Part shown: piece by piece, positions 28,379-32,000 of the stretch
Position numbering within the stretch: position 1 is the stretch's first letter
How the letters are laid out: each line of letters opens with the position of its first letter
NCBI RefSeq assembly: GCF_000014785.1
Contig: NC_008340.1
Coordinates: 2,130,001 to 2,162,000 of the forward strand
DNA from: Alkalilimnicola ehrlichii MLHE-1
Lineage (GTDB): Bacteria > Pseudomonadota > Gammaproteobacteria > Nitrococcales > Halorhodospiraceae
DNA: 32,000 nt
Direction: 5' to 3'
Program-made: the position numbers and the translations under genes
The notes under the pieces: generated by a model
Databases searched by the model: none
What the model saw: the letters and a program-made list of their open reading frames with translations, nothing else
Told to the model about the DNA's origin: nothing

Positions 28379-28597
28379 TCAGCGGCGCGGGGCGGGTTGA
28401 ATCACCAGCCAGTCGTCCAGCAGGTCGGCAGGGAGGGTGCTCATGTTATAGCGCTCGGACAGCTGCGCCTTGACCTCCGCCAGGGCCTGAATCTGATCCT
28501 CCGCCTCCACGGTGAAGGTCTCCTCGGCCAGCTCGCCCAATGAGGCGCGGGCATCCTCCATGGCGCCCGGTTTGATATAGCAGTTCCAGCGGGACAT
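28379..28597 (-). CDS. hypothetical small acidic protein (72 aa)
   Basis: The ATG at 28595-28597 lies 6 nt after AAGGGAGGA. Third-codon positions are G/C-rich like neighbouring genes. I recognise no family. Confidence 0.55.
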   Translation of the reverse strand: MSRWNCYIKPGAMEDARASLGELAEETFTVEAEDQIQALAEVKAQLSERYNMSTLPADLLDDWLVIQPAPRR

Positions 28598-28733
28598 CGG
28601 CGGTCCTCCCTTTCCAAATGGTCTAGACAGTATAGCGGAGCCCGGCCCCTCGTCGGGGGACGGTGGAGAGGGCCGTCGTCCGCTGTGGCGAGGGCCGAGA
28701 GGCCATGATTATGGTGTGGCAATGGACGGACAT

Positions 28734-28771
28734 GGATTGCTTCGTCGCTTCGCTCCTCGCAATGACGGGGG
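28734..28771. repeat. palindromic-element arm GGATTGCTTCGTCGCTTCGCTCCTCGCAATGACGGGGG (inverted relative to the arms at 28811 and 29013)
   Basis: Its reverse complement, CGTCATTGCGAGGAGCGAAGCGACGAAGCAATCC, aligns with CGTCACTGCGAGGAGGCGAAGCCGACGTGGCAGTCT at about 29 of 36 positions. It produces the artefactual peptides MDCFVASLLAMT and HCEERSDEAIH in the ORF track. Confidence 0.85.
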
Positions 28772-28805
28772 TGGTGGCGGCCCACCGTCACTGAGGGATG
28801 GGCAT

Positions 28806-28894
28806 CCCCCCACCGTCACTGCGAGGAGGCGAAGCCGACGTGGCAGTCTACCGCCCTGGATCGCCACGGGCCTGCGGCCCTCGCGATGACGGGG
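28806..28894. repeat. ~88-nt composite repeat unit, copy A (long left arm CACCGTCACTGCGAGG..., short right arm ...CCTCGCGATGACGGGG)
   Basis: The termini CCGTCACTGCGAGG and CCTCGCGATGACGG are inverted repeats that match at 12 of 14 positions. A second copy sits 202 nt downstream. Confidence 0.88.
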
Positions 28895-28960
28895 AGGGGG
28901 GCCTGCGGCCCTCGCGATGACGGGGAGGGGGCCTGCGGCCCTCGCGATGACGGGGAGGGG
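28871..28960. repeat. head-to-tail tandem array, 3 copies of CCTGCGGCCCTCGCGATGACGGGGAGGGGG(G)
   Basis: The copies are at 28871-28901 (31 nt), 28902-28931 (30 nt) and 28932-28960 (29 nt). They are contiguous, with no spacers between them. Confidence 0.9.
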
Positions 28961-29008
28961 CTGGCTAGCCCTCTTGAAGAACTTGACTGTGCCGGAAGCG
29001 GAAAGTCG

Positions 29009-29097
29009 CCCCCACCGTCACTGCGAGGAGGCGAAGCCGACGCGGCAGTCTACCGCCCTGGATCGCCACGGGCCTTCGGCCCTCGCGATGACCGGGG
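29009..29097. repeat. ~88-nt composite repeat unit, copy B
   Basis: It aligns to copy A at a +202 offset, with 2 substitutions (T/C at 28841/29043 and G/T at 28874/29076) and 1 single-nt indel in the shared ~83 nt. Confidence 0.88.
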
Positions 29098-29143
29098 GTG
29101 CCCCGTTCCTCGTTGATTCGGGCCCACGCAGCGGGGAGGGGGG

Positions 29144-29187
29144 CTCGCGATGACGGGGAGGGGGTCGGCGCCCCTCGTGATGACGGG
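29144..29187. repeat. two further right-arm copies (CTCGCGATGACGGGGAGGGGG and CTCGTGATGACGGG)
   Basis: Direct reading places copies at 29144-29164 and 29174-29187. They are in the same orientation as the five other right arms. Confidence 0.8.
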
Positions 29188-29225
29188 TTATTCGGCGCGT
29201 ACTTCCGCGAACGGGGCCCGGCCGA

Positions 29226-29267
29226 TTCACAAGCGTGTGGCATTCCTGATAAATTGGTCAGACAATT
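29226..29267 (+). promoter_or_regulatory. candidate glcD promoter (TTCACA-N16-GATAAA) overlapping palindrome AATTGGTCAGACAATT
   Basis: The -35-like TTCACA is at 29226-29231 and the -10-like GATAAA at 29248-29253. The AATTG-N6-CAATT palindrome is at 29252-29267, and AGACAA is directly repeated at 29260-29265 and 29268-29273. This is the only AT-rich patch upstream of the glcD ATG. Confidence 0.35.
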
Positions 29268-29299
29268 AGACAACTGCCCACCGTTGAGAGACTCCGACC

Positions 29300-30802
29300 A
29301 TGAGCGCGCACTCCGTATACCGCGAGGAGGACTGCCGCTTCGAGTACGATCGCGAGGACCTGATCGCCCGCCTGGGCGGGGTTCTGGACGACCCCGAAGC
29401 GCTGATCACCAACGAAGAGGCCCTACGGGCCTACGAGACCGACGGTCTGGCCGCTTACCGCCAGCTGCCGGTAGCAGCGGTCCTGCCGGACACGGTGGAG
29501 CAGGTGCAGGCCATCCTGCGCATCTGCCATGAGCTGGAGGTGCCGGTGGTGGCCCGTGGTGCGGGCACCAGCCTCTCCGCCGGCGCCCTGCCCCACCCCC
29601 AGGGTATTCTCCTCAGCCTGTCCCGCTTCAACCGCATTCTGGAGGTGGACGCCGAACGGCGCATTGCGCGGGTCCAGCCCGGGGTGCGCAACCTGGCGGT
29701 GTCCGAGGCCGCGGCCCCCTACGGGCTTTACTACGCCCCGGACCCCTCCTCGCAAATTGCCTGCAGCATCGGCGGCAACGTGGCGGAGAACGCCGGCGGG
29801 GTGCACTGCCTGAAGTATGGCCTGACCATCCACAACGTCCTCGAGGCCACCCTGATCACCATCGACGGCGATGTCATCAAGGTGGGCAGCGAGGCGCCGG
29901 ACGCCCCCGGATACGACCTGCTGGCGGCGGTGATCGGCTCCGAGGGCATGCTCGGCGTGGTGGTGGAGGTGGCGGTCAAGCTGCTGCCCGAGCCGTTGAC
30001 CAAGAAGGTGATGCTGGCCGCCTTCCCCACCGTCGAGGCCGGCGGCGAGGCGGTGGCCGGGATCATCGGCGACGGCATCATCCCCGGTGGCCTGGAGATG
30101 ATGGACAACGCCGCCATCCGCGCCGCCGAGGACTTCGTCCACGCCGGCTACCCGGTGGATGCCGCCACCATCCTGATCTGCGAGCTGGACGGCAGTGAGG
30201 CGGAGGTGGCCGCCCAGTGCGACCGGGTGCGCAAGCTGATGGAGCGCTACGGGGCCACCGAAATCCGCATCGCCGAGACCCCCGAACAGGCGCAGCGCTT
30301 CTGGGCCGGGCGCAAGGCGGCCTTTCCCGCGGTGGGCCGTATCTCCCCCGACTACTACTGCATGGACGGCACCATCCCACGCAAGCACCTGGGCACGGTG
30401 CTCAAGCGCATGCAGGCCCTCTCCGAGCAGTACGGCCTGCGGGTGGTGAACGTCTTTCACGCCGGTGACGGCAACCTGCACCCGCTGGTGCTCTACGACG
30501 GCAACGTCCCGGGCGAGCTGGAACGCACCGAGGAGCTGGGCGGGCGCATCCTGGAGTTGTGTGTGGAGGTCGGCGGCACGGTCACCGGCGAGCACGGCGT
30601 GGGCATGGAGAAGCTCGACCAGATGTGCGTGCAGTTCAACAAGGCGGAGCGCGAGCAGTTCTTCGCCCTCAAGCGCGCCTTCGATCCCAAGGGGCTGCTC
30701 AACCCCGGCAAGGCCATCCCCACCCTGCACCGCTGCGCCGAGTTCGGCGCCATGCACGTGCACCACGGCGAACTGCCCTTCCCGGACATCGAGCGCTTCT
30801 GA
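29300..30802 (+). CDS. glcD: glycolate oxidase subunit GlcD (FAD-linked oxidase)
   Basis: 500 aa. An FAD-binding PCMH domain (VVARGAGTSLSAGAL and GGNVAENAGG) and a C-terminal GEHGVG motif are present. It is followed by glcE and glcF. Confidence 0.93.
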   Translation: MSAHSVYREEDCRFEYDREDLIARLGGVLDDPEALITNEEALRAYETDGLAAYRQLPVAAVLPDTVEQVQAILRICHELEVPVVARGAGTSLSAGALPHPQGILLSLSRFNRILEVDAERRIARVQPGVRNLAVSEAAAPYGLYYAPDPSSQIACSIGGNVAENAGGVHCLKYGLTIHNVLEATLITIDGDVIKVGSEAPDAPGYDLLAAVIGSEGMLGVVVEVAVKLLPEPLTKKVMLAAFPTVEAGGEAVAGIIGDGIIPGGLEMMDNAAIRAAEDFVHAGYPVDAATILICELDGSEAEVAAQCDRVRKLMERYGATEIRIAETPEQAQRFWAGRKAAFPAVGRISPDYYCMDGTIPRKHLGTVLKRMQALSEQYGLRVVNVFHAGDGNLHPLVLYDGNVPGELERTEELGGRILELCVEVGGTVTGEHGVGMEKLDQMCVQFNKAEREQFFALKRAFDPKGLLNPGKAIPTLHRCAEFGAMHVHHGELPFPDIERF

Positions 30803-30814
30803 CAGGACGGACCC

Positions 30815-31879
30815 ATGACCCACGAGAACGATCACAGCCAGGCCATTCGCGAGCGGGTGGCGGCCGCGGCCGGCAGCGGAACCGCGCTGGCCATCGAGGG
30901 CAGCGGCAGCAAGGGCTTCCTGGGCCGTGAGCCCCAGGGCGAGCCGCTGTCGCTGGCGGAACACACCGGCATCGTCAACTACGAACCCACCGAGCTGGTG
31001 CTCACCGCCCGCACCGGCACCCGGCTGGAAGAACTGGAACACATCCTCGCCGACGCCGGCCAGATGCTGCCCTTCGAACCGCCGCAGTTCGACGGCGGTG
31101 GCACGCTGGGTGGCGCCATAGCCAGCGGCCTGTCCGGCCCGGCCCGGCCCTTCGCCGGCTCGGCGCGTGACCTGGTCCTGGGCTGCCGGCTGGTCAACGG
31201 CCGCGGTGAGGACATGCACTTCGGTGGCGAGGTCATGAAGAACGTCGCCGGCTACGACATCTCCCGCCTGCAGACCGGGGCCATGGGCACCCTGGGCGTC
31301 CTGCTGGAGGTCTCGCTCAAGGTCCTGCCGCGGCCCGAGAAGGTGCTCGGGCTGACCCTGGAGTTGCCCCGCAACGAGGGCTTCCGGAACGTCATGGATT
31401 GGCAGGCCCGCGGTGCGCCGGTCACCGGCAGCGCCCACGACGGCCACCGGCTACACCTGCGCCTGTCCGGGTCCGCCCTGGGGGTGAACGCCTCACGCAA
31501 GATGATCGGCGGCGAGGAGGAGGACCTGGCCTTCTGGCAGGATCTGCGCGACCACCGGCTGCCCTGGTTTGCCCGCCAGACCCTGCTCTGGCGGGTGGCC
31601 CTGCCACCGGGGCGCACCCTGCCCGAGGGCTTCCTGGGCAACGCCCTGCTGGACTGGAACGGCCAGCAGGTATGGATTGGCGGTGAACAGGACTTCGGGG
31701 CCCTGCAGCAGGCGGCGCGGACGGCAGGCGGCCATGCCCGCCTGTTCCGCGGCGGCGATCGCCGGGGCGAGGTGCTGCCCGACGGCGGCCCCGTCTTCCG
31801 GCGTCTGCACCGCAACATCAAGCAGGCCTTCGACCCCGAGGGCATCCTCAACCCGGGCCGACTCTACGCTGACCTCTGA
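30815..31879 (+). CDS. glcE: glycolate oxidase FAD-binding subunit GlcE
   Basis: 354 aa. It is an FAD-binding PCMH-type protein (VMKNVAGYDISRL) ending in FDPEGILNPGRLY. Its position between glcD and glcF fits. Confidence 0.9.
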   Translation: MTHENDHSQAIRERVAAAAGSGTALAIEGSGSKGFLGREPQGEPLSLAEHTGIVNYEPTELVLTARTGTRLEELEHILADAGQMLPFEPPQFDGGGTLGGAIASGLSGPARPFAGSARDLVLGCRLVNGRGEDMHFGGEVMKNVAGYDISRLQTGAMGTLGVLLEVSLKVLPRPEKVLGLTLELPRNEGFRNVMDWQARGAPVTGSAHDGHRLHLRLSGSALGVNASRKMIGGEEEDLAFWQDLRDHRLPWFARQTLLWRVALPPGRTLPEGFLGNALLDWNGQQVWIGGEQDFGALQQAARTAGGHARLFRGGDRRGEVLPDGGPVFRRLHRNIKQAFDPEGILNPGRLYADL

Positions 31880-31886
31880 GGCCGCC

Positions 31887-32000
31887 ATGCAGACCCATAT
31901 CGCCGATTCCATCAAAGACACCGACGCCGGCCGTGAGGCCGAGCGCATCCTGCGCACCTGTACCCACTGTGGCTTCTGCCTGGCCACCTGCCCCACCTAT
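31887..32000 (+). CDS. glcF: glycolate oxidase iron-sulfur subunit GlcF, N-terminal 38 codons (continues past the window end)
   Basis: My own translation from ATG at 31887 is MQTHIADSIKDTDAGREAERILRTCTHCGFCLATCPTY. CxHCGFCxATCPTY is the GlcF first Fe-S motif. GAGG overlaps the glcE stop 6 nt upstream. Confidence 0.85.
   Translation, partial: MQTHIADSIKDTDAGREAERILRTCTHCGFCLATCPTY

Noticed and set aside
28871-28960. Possible CRISPR array, because of regular ~30-bp repeats
   Set aside because: The three units are directly contiguous, with no unique spacers. Only three copies are present, no cas genes are in the window, and the unit is simply the terminus of the surrounding palindromic element.
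28441-29273. Track ORFs crossing the repeat field (28441..28791 -, 28886..29116 +, 28917..29153 +, 28965..29273 -, 29018..29230 -)
   Set aside because: Their translations are repeat-derived low-complexity strings (GPRDDGEG repeats and HCEERSDEAIH). They lack SD sequences, overlap one another in several frames, and owe their length to the repeats.

Overview
This is a visibly GC-rich, almost fully coding chromosomal segment that looks gammaproteobacterial. That guess rests on gene content and order and is low confidence. All protein calls come from motifs read in the supplied translations; no database search was possible.

Gene content in window order:
- dapE 3' end and dedA.
- Convergent ppk and ppx. 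ppx is the last gene of a tight HDOD-GGDEF -> sixA -> ppx string.
- A complete cbb3 oxidase supercluster, ccoNOQP - unknown membrane ORF - ccoGHIS, all on the minus strand, with an FNR/Anr-type box upstream of ccoN.
- A translationally coupled moxR-DUF58-tgpA operon followed by a GDPD phosphodiesterase.
- A stand-alone iscR, a DUF1249 (YqiB-like) gene, and divergent ppsR/ppsA.
- A porin preceded by a PepSY-TM::flavodoxin::FAD/NAD reductase fusion, then a small acidic orphan ORF.
- A ~0.45 kb repeat field, then glcD, glcE and the glcF 5' end.

I see no tRNA or rRNA genes, CRISPR array, transposase, integrase, phage genes or recognisable defence genes. I cannot honestly claim a clear new multi-gene system.

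The most unusual items are:
1. The intergenic repeat field at 28734-29187. It is built from termini of a CGTCAYTGCGAGG-type palindromic element, includes a near-identical ~88-nt unit duplicated 202 bp apart, and contains a 3x 30/31-bp tandem array.
2. The small ORF / PepSY-flavoreductase / porin string.
3. The uncharacterised two-TM ORF wedged between ccoP and ccoG.
4. The GGDEF-SixA-Ppx linkage directly downstream of the cco cluster.
5. A 14-bp perfect inverted repeat straddling the ppk stop codon in the 27-nt ppk/ppx convergent spacer.

The many long ORFs antisense to the real genes are high-GC shadow ORFs.
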